Assembly (NCBI GenBank): GCA_964016885.1
Contig: OZ024744.1
Location: 6,758,001-6,822,000, forward strand
Direction: 5' to 3'
Source: Eledone cirrhosa
Lineage: Eukaryota
DNA length: 64,000 nt
Each line of letters begins with the position of its first letter. The first letter of the stretch is position 1. The notes under the pieces are model-generated. The model saw only the letters and a program-made list of their open reading frames with translations, searched no databases and was not told the origin of the DNA. A program made the translations under genes and the position numbers. Below are positions 39,801-53,400 of the stretch, piece by piece.

Positions 39801-42800
39801 TATTGCACTAATGTAGGTGCGGTGCAGTAACGGTTATGTCTACTGCAGTATTGCACTGATGTAGGTGTGGTGCAGTAACGGTTATGTCTACTGCAGTATT
39901 GCACTGAGGTAGGTGTGGTGCAGTAACGGTTATGTCTACTGCAGTATTGCACTGATGTAGGTGTGGTGCAGTAACGGTTATGTCTACTGTAGTATTGCAC
40001 TGTTGTAGGTGTGGTGCAGTAACGGTTATGTCTACTGTAGTATTGCACTGATGTAGGTATGGTGCAGTAACGGTTATGTCTACTGCAGTATTGCACTGAT
40101 GTACGTGTGGTGTAGTAACGGTTATTTTTACTGCAGTATTGCACTGATGTAGGTGTGGTGCAGTAACGGTTATGTCTACTGCAGTATTGCACTGAGGTAG
40201 GTGTGGTGCGTAACGGTTATGTCTACTGCATTTTTGCACTGAGGTAGGTGAGGTGCAGTAACGGGTATGTCTACTGCAGTATTGCACTGAGGTAATTGTG
40301 GTGCAGTAACGGTTATTTCTACTGCAGTATTGCACTGATGTAGGTGTGGTGTAATAACGGTTATGTCTACTACAGTATTGCACTGAGCTAGGTATGGTGC
40401 AGTAACGGTTATGTCTACTGCAGTATTGCACTGATGAAGGTGTGGTGCAGAAAAGGTTATTTCTACTGCTGTATTGCACTGAGATAGGTGTGGTGTAGTA
40501 ACATTTATGTCTACTGCAGTATTGCACTGAGGTAGGTGTGGTGCAGTAACGGTTATGTCTACTGCAGTATGTCACTGAGGTAGGTGTGGTGCAGTACCGG
40601 TTATGTCTACTGCAGTATTGCACTGATGTAGGTGTGGTGTAGTAACGGTTATTTCTACTTCAGTATTGCACTGATGTAGGTGTGGTGCAGTAACGGTTAT
40701 GTCTACTTGAAGTATTGCACTGATGTAGGTGTGGTGCAGTAACAGTTATGTCTACTGCAGTATTGCACTGATGTAGGTGTGGTGGAATAACGGTTATGTC
40801 TAGTGCAGTATTGCATTGATGTAGGCGTGGTGCAGTAACGGTTATGTCTACTGCAGTATTGCACTGATATAGGCGTGGTGCAGTAACGGTTATGTCTACT
40901 GCAGTATTGCACTGATGTAGGCGTGGTGCAGTAACGGTTATGTCTACTGCAGTATTGCACTGATTAGGTGTGGTGCAGTAACGGTTATTGCTACTGCAGT
41001 ATTGCACTGATGTAGGTGTGGTGCATTAACGCTTATGTCTACTGCAGTATTGCACTGAGGTAGGTGTGGTGCAGTAACCGTTATGTCTACTGCAGTATTG
41101 CACTGAGGTAGGTGTGGTGCAGTAACGGTTATGTCTACCGCAGTATTGCACTATTGTAGGTGTGGTACAGTAACGTTTATGTCTACTGCAGTATTGCACT
41201 GATGTAGGTGTGGTGCAGTAACAGTTATGTCTACTGCAGCATTGCACTGAGGTAGGTGTGGTGCAGTAACGGTTATGTCTACTGCAGTATTGAACTGAGG
41301 TAGGTGTGGTGCAGTAACGGTTATTTCTACTGCAGTATTGCACTATTTTAGGTGTAGTGCAGTAACGGTTATGTCTACTGCAATATTGTACTGATGTAGG
41401 TGTGGTGCAGTAACGGTTATGTCTACTGCAGTATTGCACTGATGTAGGTGTGGTGCAGTAACGGTTATGTCTACTGCAGTATTGCACTGAGGTAGGTTTG
41501 GTGCAGTAACGGTTATGTCTACTGCAGTATTGTACTGATGTAGGTGTGGTGCAGTAACGATTATGTCTACTGCAGTATTGCACTGAGGTAGGCGTGGTGC
41601 AGTACCGGTTATGTCTACTGCAGTATTGCACTGATGTAGGTGTGGTGCAGTAACGGTTATTTCTACTGCAGTATTGCACTAAGTTATGTGTGGTGCAGTA
41701 TCGGTTATGTCTACAGCAGTATTGCACTGAGGTAGGTGAGGTGCAGTATTGGTTATGTCTACAGCAATATTGCACTGATGTAGGTGTGGTGCAGTAACGG
41801 GTATGTCTACTGCAGTATTGCACTGATGTAGGTGTGGTGCAGTAACAGTTATTTCTACTGCAGTATTGCACTGATGTATGTGTGGTGCAGTAACGGTTAT
41901 GACTACTGCAGTATTGCTATGATGTACGTGTGGTGCAGTAACGGTTATGTCTACTGCAGTATTGCACTGAGGAAGGTGTGGTGCAGTAACGGTTATGTCT
42001 ACTGCAGTATTGCACTGAGGTAGGTGTCGTGCAGTAACGGTTATGTCTACTGCAGTATTGCACTGAGATAGGTGTGGTGCAGTAACAGTTATGTCTACTG
42101 CAGTATTGCACTGATGTAGGTGTGGTGCAGTAACGGTTATGTCTCCTGCACTATTGCACTGAGGTAGGTGTGGTGCAGTAACGGTTATGTCTAATGCAGT
42201 ATTGCACTGAGGTAGGTGTGGTGCAGTAACGGATATGTCTACTGCAGTATTGCACTGACGTACGTGTGGTGCAGTAACGGTTATGTCTACTGCAATATTG
42301 CACTGATATAGGTGTAGTGTAGTAACGGTTATTTCTACTGCAGTATTGCACTGAGGTAGGTGTGGTGCAGTAACGGTTATGCCTACTACAATATTGCACT
42401 GTTGTAGGTGTGGTGCAGTAACGGGTATGTCTATGCAGTATTACACTGATGTAAGTGTGGTGCAGTAACGGTTATGTCTACTGCAGTATTGAACTGATGA
42501 AGGTGTGGTCTAGTAAGGGTTATGTCTACTGCAGTATGGCACTGATGTAGGTGTGGTGCAGTAACGGTCATGTCTACAGCAGTATTGCACTGATGTAGGT
42601 GTGGTGCAGTAACGGTTATTTCTACTGCAGTATTGCACTGAGCTAGGTGTGGTGCAGTAACGGTTATGTCTACTGCAGTATTGCACTGATGAAGGTGTGG
42701 TGCAGTAAATGTTATTTCTACTGCTGTATTGCACTGAGATAGGTGTGGTGCAGTAACATTTATGTCTACTGCAGTATTGCACTGAGGTAGGTGTGGTGCA

Positions 42801-42940
42801 GTAACGGTTATGTCTACTGCAGTATTGCACTGATGTAGGCGTGGTGCAGTAACGATTATGTCTACTGCAGTATTGCACTGAGGCAGGTGTGGTGCAGTAA
42901 CGGTTATGTCTACTGCAGTACTGCACTGAGGTAGGTGTGG
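33850..42940 (+). repeat. Duplicated block spanning the L/R junction: ~33850-37300 matches ~39830-42940 (offset 5.7-5.95 kb, changing in whole-monomer steps)
   Basis: Offsets are 34242/40192 (5950), 34817/40623 (5806), 35153/41007 (5854), 36122/41832 (5710) and 36800/42510 (5710). They differ from each other by multiples of 48. Confidence 0.82.
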
Positions 42941-45900
42941 TGCAGTAACGGATATGTCTACTGCAGTATTGCACTGAGGTAGGTGTGGTGCAGTACCGGT
43001 TATGTCTACTGCAGTATTGCACTGATGTAGGTGTGGTGCAGTAACGGTTATTTCTACTGCAGTATTGCACTGATGTAGGTGTGGTGCAGTAACGGTTATG
43101 TCTACTTGAAGTATTGCACTGATGTAGGTGTGGTGCAGTAACAGTTATGTCTACTGCAGTATTGCACTGATGTAGGTGTGGTGGAATAACGGTTATGTCT
43201 ACTGCAGTATTGCACTGAGTTAGGTGTGGTGCAGTAGCGGTATTTCTACTGCAGTATTGCACTGAGGTATGTGTGGTGCATTAACGCTTATGTCTACTGC
43301 AGTATTGCATTGATGTAGGCGTGGTGCAGTAACGGTTATGTCTATTGCAGTATTGCACTGATATAGGCGTGGTGCAGTAACGGTTATGTCTACTGCAGTA
43401 TTGCACTGATGTAGGCGTGGTGCAGTAACGGTTATGTCTACTGCAGTATTGCACTGATTAGGTGTGGTGCAGTAACGGTTATTGCTACTGCAGTATTGCA
43501 CTGATGTAGGTGTGGTGCATTAACGCTTATGTCTACTGCAGTATTGCACTGAGGTAGGTGTGGTGCAGTAACCGTTATGTCTACTGCAGTATTGCACTGA
43601 GTTAGGTGTGGTGCAGTAACGGTTATGTCTACCGCAGTATTGCACTATTATAGGTGTGGTGCAGTAACGTTTATGTCTACTGCAATATTGCACTGATATA
43701 GTTGTGGTGCAGTAACGGTTATGTCTACTGCAGTATTGCACTGAGATAGGTGTGGTGCAGTAACCGTTATGTTTACTGCAGTATTGCACTGATGTAGGTG
43801 TGGTGCAGTAACAGTTATGTCTACTGCAGTATTGCACTGAGGTAGGTGTGGTGCAGTAACGGTTATGTCTACTGCAGTATTGAACTGAGGTAGGTGTGGT
43901 GCAGTAACGGTTATTTCTACTGCAGTATTGCACTATTGTAGGTGTAGTGCAGTAACGGTTATGTCTACTGCAGTATTGCACTGATGTAGGTGTGGTGCAG
44001 TAACGGTTATGTCTACTGCAATATTGCACTGATGTAGGTGTGGTGCAGTAACGGTTATGTCTACTGCAGTATTGCACTGATGTAGGTGTGGTGCAGTAAC
44101 GGTTATGTCTTCTGAAGTATTGCACTGATGTGGGTGTGGTGCAGTAACAGTTACTTCTACTGCAGTATTGCACTGATGTATGTGTGGTGCAGTAACGGTT
44201 ATGTCTACTGCAGTATTGCACTGATGTACGTGTGGTGCAGTAACGGTTATGTCTACTGCAGTATTGCACTGAGGAAGGTGTGGTGCAGTAACGGTTATGT
44301 CTACTGCAGTATTGCACTGATGTAGGTGTGGTGCAGTAACGCTTATGTCTCCTGCACTATTGCACTGAGGTAGGTGTGGTGCAGTAACGATTATGTCTAC
44401 TGCAGTATTGCACTGAGATAGGTGTGGTGCAGTAACGGTTATGTCTACTGCAGTATTGCACTGATGTAGGTGTGGTGCAGTAACGCTTATGTCTCCTGCA
44501 CTATTGCACTGAGGTAGGTGTGGTTCAGTAACGGTTATGTCTAATGCAGTATTGCACTGAGGTAGGTGTGGTGCAGTACCGGTTATGTCTACTGCAGTAT
44601 TGCACTGATGTAGGTGTGGTGCAGTAACGGTTATTTCTACTGCAGTATTGCACTAAGTTATGTGTGGTGCAGTATCGGTTATGTCTACAGCAGTATTGCA
44701 CTGAGGTAGGTGAGGTGCAGTATTGGTTATGTCTACAGCAATATTGCACTGAGGTAGGTGTGGTGCAGTAACGGTTATGTATACTCCAGTATTGCACTGA
44801 TGTAGGTGTGGTGCAGTAACGGGTATGTCTACTGCAGTATTGCACTGATGTAGGTGTGGTGCAGTAACAGTTATTTCTACTGCAGTATTGCACTGATGTA
44901 TGTGTGGTGCAGTAACGGTTATGTCTACTGCAGTATTGCTATGATGTACGTGTGGTGCAGTAACGGTTATGTCTACTGCAGTATTGCACTGAGGAAGGTG
45001 TGGTGCAGTAACGGTTATGTCTACTGCAGTATTGCACTGAGGTAGGTGTCGTGCAGTAACGGTTATGTCTACTGCAGTATTGCACTGAGATAGGTGTGGT
45101 GCAGTAACGGTTATGTCTACTGCAGTATTGCACTGATGTAGGTGTGGTGCAGTAACGGTTATGTCTACTGCAATATTGCACTGATATAGGTGTAGTGTAG
45201 TAACGGTTATTTCTACTGCAGTATTGCACTGAGGTAGGTGTGGTGCAGTAACGGTTATGCCTACTACAATATTGCACTGATGTACGTGTGGTGCAGTAAC
45301 GGGTATGTCTCTGCAGTATTACACTGATCTAAGTGTGGTGCAGTAACGGTTATGTCTACTGCAGTATTGAACTGATGAAGGTGTGGTCTAGTAAGGGTTA
45401 TGTCTACTGCAGTATTGCACTGATGTAGGTGTGGTGCAGTAACGGTCATGTCTACAGCAGTATTGCACTGATGTAGGTGTGGTGCAGTAACGGTTATTTC
45501 TACTGCAGTATTGCACTGAGGTAAGTGTGGTGCAGTAACGGTTATGTCTACTGCAGTATTGCACTGAGCTAGGTGTGGTGCAGTAACGGTTATGTCTACT
45601 GTAGTATTGCACTGATGAAGGTGTGGTGCAGTAAAGGTTATTTCTACTGCTGTATTGCACTGAGATAGGTGTGGTGCAGTAACATTTATGTCTACTGCAG
45701 TATTGCACTGAGGTAGGTGTGGTGCAGTAACGGTTATGTCTACTGCAGTATTGCACTGATGTAGGCGTGGTGCAGTAACGATTATGTCTACTGCAGTATT
45801 GCACTGAGGCAGGTGTGGTGCAGTAACGGTTATGTCTACTGCAGTATTGCACTGAGGTAGGTGTGGTGCAGTAACGGATATGTCTACTGCAGTATTGCAC

Positions 45901-47490
45901 TGAGGTAGGTGTGGTGCAGTACTGGTTATGTCTACTGCAGTATTGCACTGATGTAGGTGTGGTGCAGTAACGGTTATTTCTACTGCAGTATTGCACTGAT
46001 GTAGGTGTGGTGCAGTAACGGTTATGTCTACTTGAAGTATTGCACTGATGTAGGTGTGGTGCAGTAACAGTTATGTCTACTGCAGTATTGCACTGATGTA
46101 GGTGTGGTGGAATAACGGTTATGTCTACTGCAGTATTGCACTGAGTTAGGTGTGGTGCAGTAGCGGTATGTCTACTGCAGTATTGCACTGATGTAGGTGT
46201 GGTGCATTAACGTTTATGTCTACTGCAGTATTGCATTGATGTAGGCGTGGTGCAGTAACGGTTATGTCTACTGCAGTATTGCACTGATATAGGCGTGGTG
46301 CAGTAACGGTTATGTCTACTGCAGTATTGCACTGATGTAGGCGTGGTGCAGTAACGGTTATGTCTACTGCAGTATTGCACTGATTAGGTGTGGTGCAGTA
46401 ACGGTTATTGCTACTGCAGTATTGCACTGATGTAGGTGTGGTGCATTAACGCTTATGTCTACTGCAGTATTGCACTGAGGTAGGTGTGGTGCAGTAACCG
46501 TTATGTCTACTGCAGTATTGCACTGAGTTAGGTGTGGTGCAGTAACGGTTATGTCTACCGCAGTATTGCACTATTGTAGGTGTGGTGCAGTAACGTTTAT
46601 GTCTACTGCAATATTGCACTGATATAGTTGTGGTGCAGTAACGGTTATGTCTACTGCAGTATTGCACTGAGATAGGTGTGGTGCAGTAACCGTTATGTTT
46701 ACTGCAGTATTGCACTGATGTAGGTGTGGTGCAGTAACAGTTATGTCTACTGCAGTATTGCACTGAGGTAGGTGTGGTGCAGTAACGGTTATGTCTACTG
46801 CAGTATTGAACTGAGGTAGGTGTGGTGCAGTAACGGTTATTTCTACTGCAGTATTGCACTATTGTAGGTGTAGTGCAGTAACGGTTATGTCTACTGCAGT
46901 ATTGCACTGATGTAGGTGTGGTGCAGTAACGGTTATGTCTACTGCAATATTGCACTGATGTAGGTGTGGTGCAGTAACGGTTATGTCTACTGCAGTATTG
47001 CACTGATGTAGGTGTGGTGCAGTAACGGTTATGTCTTCTGAAGTATTGCACTGATGTAGGTGTGGTGCAGTAACAGTTATTTCTACTGCAGTATTGCACT
47101 GATGTATGTGTGGTGCAGTAACGGTTATGTCTACTGCAGTATTGCACTGATGTACGTGTGGTGCAGTAACGGTTATGTCTACTGCAGTATTGCACTGAGG
47201 AAGGTGTGGTGCAGTAACGGTTATGTCTACTGCAGTATTGCACTGATGTAGGTGTGGTGCAGTAACGCTTATGTCTCCTGCACTATTGCACTGAGGTAGG
47301 TGTGGTGCAGTAACGATTATGTCTACTGCAGTATTGCACTGAGATAGGTGTGGTGCAGTAACGGTTATGTCTACTGCAGTATTGCACTGATGTAGGTGTG
47401 GTGCAGTAACGCTTATGTCTCCTGCACTATTGCACTGAGGTAGGTGTGGTTCAGTAACGGTTATGTCAAATGCAGTATTGCACTGAGGTA
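41600..47490 (+). repeat. Tandem duplication with a ~2.9-3.0 kb unit (core offset 2926 = 61 monomers, net -2)
   Basis: ORF pairs 43220..43501/46146..46427 and 43520..44317/46446..47243 are offset by 2926. The pair 42510/45388 is offset by 2878 (-1 monomer) and 41832/44854 by 3022 (+2 monomers). Confidence 0.82.
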
Positions 47491-50400
47491 GGTGTGGTGC
47501 AGTAACGGATATGTCTACTGCAGTATTGCACTGACGTACGTGTGGTGCAGTAACGGTTATGTCTACTGCAATATTGCACTGATATAGGTGTAGTGCAGTA
47601 ACGGTTATTTCTACTACAGTATTGCACTGAGGTAGGTGTGGTACAGTAACGGTTATGCCTACTACAATATTGCACTGATGTAGGTGTGGTGCAGTAACGG
47701 GTATGTCTCTGCAGTATTACACTGATGTAAGTGTGGTGCAGTAACGGTTATGTCTACTGCAGTATTGAACTGATGAAGGTGTGGTCTAGTAAGGGTTATG
47801 TCTACTGCAGTATTGCACTGATGTAGGTGTGGTGCAGTAACGGTCATGTCTACAGCAGTATTGCACTGATGTAGGTGTGGTGCAGTAACGGTTATTTCTA
47901 CTGCAGTATTGCACTGAGGAAAGTGTGGTGCAGTAACGGTTATGTCTACTGCAGTATTGCACTGAGCTAGGTGTGGTGCAGTAACGATTATGTCTACTGC
48001 AGTATTGCACTGATGAAGGTGTGGTGCAGTAAAGGTTATTTCTACTGCTGTATTGCACTGAGATAGGTGTGGTGCAGTAACATTTATGTCTACTGCAGTA
48101 TTGCACTGAGGTAGGTGTGGTGCAGTAACGGTTATGTCTACTGCAGTATTGAACTGAGGTAGGTGTGGTGCAGTACCGGTTATGTCTACTGCAGTATTGC
48201 ACTGATGTAGGTGTGGTGCAGTAACGGTTATTTCTACTGCAGTATTGCACTGATGTAGGTGTGGTGCAGTAACGGTTATGTCTACTTGAAGTATTGCACT
48301 GATGTAGGTGTGGTGCAGTAACAGTTATGTCTACTGCAGTATTGCACTGATGTAGGTGTGGTGGAATAACGGTTATGTCTACTGCAGTATTGCATTGATG
48401 TAGGCGTGGTGCAGTAACGGTTATGTCTACTGCAGTATTGCACTGATATAGGCGTGGTGCAGTAACGGTTATGTCTACTGCAGTATTGCACTGATGTAGG
48501 CGTGGTGCAGTAACGGTTATGTCTACTGCAGTATTGCACTGATTAGGTGTGGTGCAGTAACGGTTATTGCTACTGCAGTATTGCACTGATGTAGGTGTGG
48601 TGCATTAACGCTTATGTCTACTGCAGTATTGCACTGAGGTAGGTGTGGTGCAGTAACCGTTATGTCTACTGCAGTATTGCACTGAGGTAGGTGTGGTGCA
48701 GTAACGGTTATGTCTACCGCAGTATTGCACTATTGTAGGTGTGGTGCAGTAACGTTTATGTCTACTGCAGTATTGCACTGATGTAGGTGTGGTGCAGTAA
48801 CAGTTATGTCTACTGCAGTATTGCACTGAGGTAGGTGTGGTGCAGTAACGGTTATGTCTACTGCAGTATTGAACTGAGGTAGGTGTGGTGCAGTAACGGT
48901 TATTTCTACTGCAGTATTGCACTATTGTAGGTGTAGTGCAGTAACGGTTATGTCTACTGCAGTATTGCACTGATGTAGGTGTGGTGCAGTAACGGTTATG
49001 TCTACTGCAATATTGCACTGATGTAGGTGTGGTGCAGTAACGGTTATGTCTACTGCAGTATTGCACTGATGTAGGTGTGGTGCAGTAACGGTTATGTCTT
49101 CTGAAGTATTGCACTGATGTAGGTGTGGTGCTGTAACGGTTATGTCTACTGCAGTATTGCACTGAGGTAGGTGTGGTGCTGTAACGGGTATGTCTACTGC
49201 AGTATTGCACTGAGGTAATTGTGGTGCAGTACCGGTTATGTCTACTGTAGTATTGCACTGATGTAGGTGTGGTGCAGTAACGGTTATGTCTACTGCAGTA
49301 TTGCACTGAGGTAGGTTTGGTGCAGTAACGGTTATGTCTACTGCAGTATTGTACTGATGTAGGTGTGATGCAGTAACGATTATGTCTACTGCAGTATTGC
49401 ACTGAGGTAGGCGTGGTGCAGTACCGGTTATGTCTACTGCAGTATTGCACTGATGTAGGTGTGGTGCAGTAACGGTTATTTCTACTGCAGTATTGCACTA
49501 AGTTATGTGTGGTGCAGTATCGGTTATGTCTACAGCAGTATTGCACTGAGGTAGGTGAGGTGCAGTATTGGTTATGTCTACAGCAGTATTGCACTGAGGT
49601 AGGTGTGGTGCAGTAACGGTTATGTATACTCCAGTATTGCACTGATGTAGGTGTGGTGAAGTAACGGGTATGTCTACTGCAGTATTGCACTGATGTAGGT
49701 GTGGTGCAGTAACAGTTATTTCTACTGCAGTATTGCACTGATGTATGTGTGGTGCAGTAACGGTTATGTCTACTGCAGTATTGCACTGATGTAGGTGTGG
49801 TGCAGTAACGGTTATGTCTTCTGAAGTATTGCACTGATGTAGGTGTGGTACTGTAACGGTTATGTCTACTGCAGTATTGCACAGAGGTAGGTGTGGTGCT
49901 GTAACGGGTATGTCTACTGCAGTATTGCACTGAGGTAATTGTGGTGCAGTACCGGTTATGTCTACTGTAGTATTGCACTGATGTAGGTGTGGTGCAGTAA
50001 CGGTTATGTCTACTGCAGTATTGCACTGAGGTAGGTTTGGTGCAGTAACGGATATGTCTACTGCAGTATTGTACTGATGTAGGTGTGGTGCAGTAACGGT
50101 TATTTCTACTGCAGTATTGCACTGATGTAGGCGTGGTGCAGTAACGGTTATGTCTACTGCAGTATTACACTGATTAGGTGTGGTGCAGTAACGGTTATTG
50201 CTACTGCAGTATTGCACTGAGGTAGGTGTGGTGCAGTAACGGATATGTCTACTGCTGTATTGCACTGACGTACGTGTGGTGCAGTAACGGTTATGTCTAC
50301 TGCAATATTGCACTGATATAGGTGTAGTGCAGTAACGGTTATTTCTACTACAGTATTGCACTGAGGTAGGTGTGGTGCAGTAACGGTTATGCCTACTACA

Positions 50401-53400
50401 ATATTGCACTAATGTAGGTGTGGTGCAGTAACGGGTATGTCTCTGCAGTATTACACTGATGTAAGTGTGGTGCAGTAACGGTTATGTCTACTGCAGTATT
50501 GAACTGATGAAGGTGTGGTCTAGTAAGGGTTATGTCTACTGCAGTATTGCACTGATGTAGGTGTGGTGCAGTAACGGTCATGTCTACAGCAGTATTGCAC
50601 TGATGTAGGTGTGGTGCAGTAACGGTTATTTCTACTGCAGTATTGCACTGAGGTAAGTGTGGTGCAGTAACGGTTATGTCTACTGCAGTATTGCACTGAG
50701 CTAGGTGTGGTGCAGTAACGGTTATGTCTACTGCAGTATTGCACTGATGAAGGTGTGGTGCAGTAAAGGTTATTTCTACTGCTGTATTGCACTGAGATAG
50801 GTGTGGTGCAGTAACATTTATGTCTACTGCAGTATTGCACTGAGGTAGGTGTGGTGCAGTAACGGTTATGTCTACTGCAGTATTGCACTGAGGTAGGTGT
50901 GGTGCAGTACCGGTTATGTATACTCCAGTATTGCACTGATGTAGGTGTGGTGCAGTAACGGGTATGTCTACTGCAGTATTGCACTGATGTAGGTGTGGTG
51001 CAGTAACAGTTATTTCTACTGCAGTATTGCACTGATGTATGTGTGGTGCAGTAACGGTTATGTCTACTGCAGTATTGCACTGATATACGTGTGGTGCAGT
51101 AACGGTTATGTCTACTGCAGTATTGCACTGAGGAAGGTGTGGTGCATTAACGGTTATGTCTACTGCAGTATTGCACTGAGGTAGGTGTCGTGCAGTAACG
51201 GTTATGTCTACTGCAGTATTGCACTGAGCTAGGTGTGGTGCAGTAACGATTATGTCTACTGCAGTATTGCACTGATGAAGGTGTGGTGCAGTAAAGGTTA
51301 TTTCTACTGCTGTATTGCACTGAGATAGGTCTGGTGCAGTAACATTTATGTCTACTGCAGTATTGCACTGAGGTAGGTGTGGTGCAGTAACGGTTATGTC
51401 TACTGCAGTATTGCACTGAGGTAGGTGTGGTGCAGTACCGGTTATGTCTACTGCAGTATTGCACTGATGTAGGTGTGGTGCAGTAACGGTTATTTCTACT
51501 GCAGTATTGCACTGATGTAGGTGTGGTGCAGTAACGGTTATGTCTACTTGAAGTATTGCACTGATGTAGGTGTGGTGCAGTAACAGTTATGTCTACTGCA
51601 GTATTGCACTGATGTAGGTGTGGTGGAATAACGGTTATGTCTACTGCAGTATTGCATTGATGTAGGCGTGGTGCAGTAACGGTTATGTCTACTGCAGTAT
51701 TGCACTGATATAGGCGTGGTGCAGTAACGGTTATGTCTACTGCAGTATTGCACTGATGTAGGCGTGGTGCAGTAACGGTTATGTCTACTGCAGTATTGCA
51801 CTGATTAGGTGTGGTGCAGTAACGGTTATTGCTACTGCAGTATTGCACTGATGTAGGTGTGGTGCATTAACGCTTATGTCTACTGCAGTATTGCACTGAG
51901 GTAGGTGTGGTGCAGTAACCGTTATGTCTACTGCAGTATTGCACTGAGGTAGGTGTGGTGCAGTAACGGTTATGTCTACCGCAGTATTGCACTATTGTAG
52001 GTGTGGTGCAGTAACGTTTATGTCTACTGCAGTATTGCACTGATGTAGGTGTGGTGCAGTAACAGTTATGTCTACTGCAGTATTGCACTGAGGTAGGTGT
52101 GGTGCAGTAACGGTTATGTCTACTGCAGTATTGAACTGAGGTAAGTGTGGTGCAGTAACGGTTATTTCTACTGCAGTATTGCACTATTGTAGGTGTAGTG
52201 CAGTAACGGTTATGTCTACTGCAGTATTGCACTGATGTAGGTGTGGTGCAGTAACGGTTATGTCTACTGCAATATTGCACTGATGTAGGTGTGGTGCAGT
52301 AACGGTTATGTCTACTGCAGTATTGCACTGATGTAGGTGTGGTGCAGTAACGGTTATGTCTTCTGAAGTATTGCACTGATGTAGGTGTGGTGCTGTAACG
52401 GTTATGTTTACTGCAGTATTGCACTGAGGTAGGTGTGGTGCTGTAACGGGTATGTCTACTGCAGTATTGCACTGAGGTAATTGTGGTGCAGTACCGGTTA
52501 TATCTACTGCAGTATTGCACTGATGTAGGTGTGGTGCAGTAACGCTTATGTCTCCTGCACTATTGCACTGAGGTAGGTGTGGTGCAGTAACGATTATGTC
52601 TACTGCAGTATTGCACTGAGATAGGTGTGGTGCAGTAACGGTTATGTCTACTGCAGTATTGCACTGATGTAGGTGTGGTGCAGTAACGCTTATGTCTCCT
52701 GCACTATTGCACTGAGGTAGGTGTGGTTCAGTAACGGTTATGTCAAATGCAGTATTGCACTGAGGTAGGTGTGGTGCAGTAACGGATATGTCTACTGCAG
52801 TATTGCACTGACGTACGTGTGGTGCAGTAACGGTTATGTCTACTGCAATATTGCACTGATATAGGTGTAGTGCAGTAACGGTTATTTCTACTACAGTATT
52901 GCACTGAGGTAGGTGTGGTGCAGTAACGGTTATGCCTACTACAATATTGCACTGATGTAGGTGTGGTGCAGTAACGGGTATGTCTCTGCAGTATTACACT
53001 GATGTAAGTGTGGTGCAGTAACGGTTATGTCTACTGCAGTATTGAACTGATGAAGGTGTGGTCTAGTAAGGGTTATGTCTACTGCAGTATTGCACTGATG
53101 TAGGTGTGGTGCAGTAACGGTCATGTCTACAGCAGTATTGCACTGATGTAGGCGTGGTGCAGTAACGGTTATTTCTACTGCAGTATTGCACTGAGGAAAG
53201 TGTGGTGCAGTAACGGTTATGTCTACTGCAGTATTGCACTGAGCTAGGTGTGGTGCAGTAACGATTATGTCTACTGCAGTATTGCACTGATGAAGGTGTG
53301 GTGCAGTAAAGGTTATTTCTACTGCTGTATTGCACTGAGATAGGTGTGGTGCAGTAACATTTATGTCTACTGCAGTATTGCACTGAGGTAGGTGTGGTGC

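Noticed and set aside
48605-50122. Antifreeze-like, mucin-like or zinc-finger-like repeat protein (Cys/Thr/His periodicity)
   Set aside because: The spacing does not match insect antifreeze 12-aa TCT repeats or the C2H2 pattern C-x2-4-C-x12-H-x3-5-H. Cys and His codons mutate freely, and there is no signal peptide.
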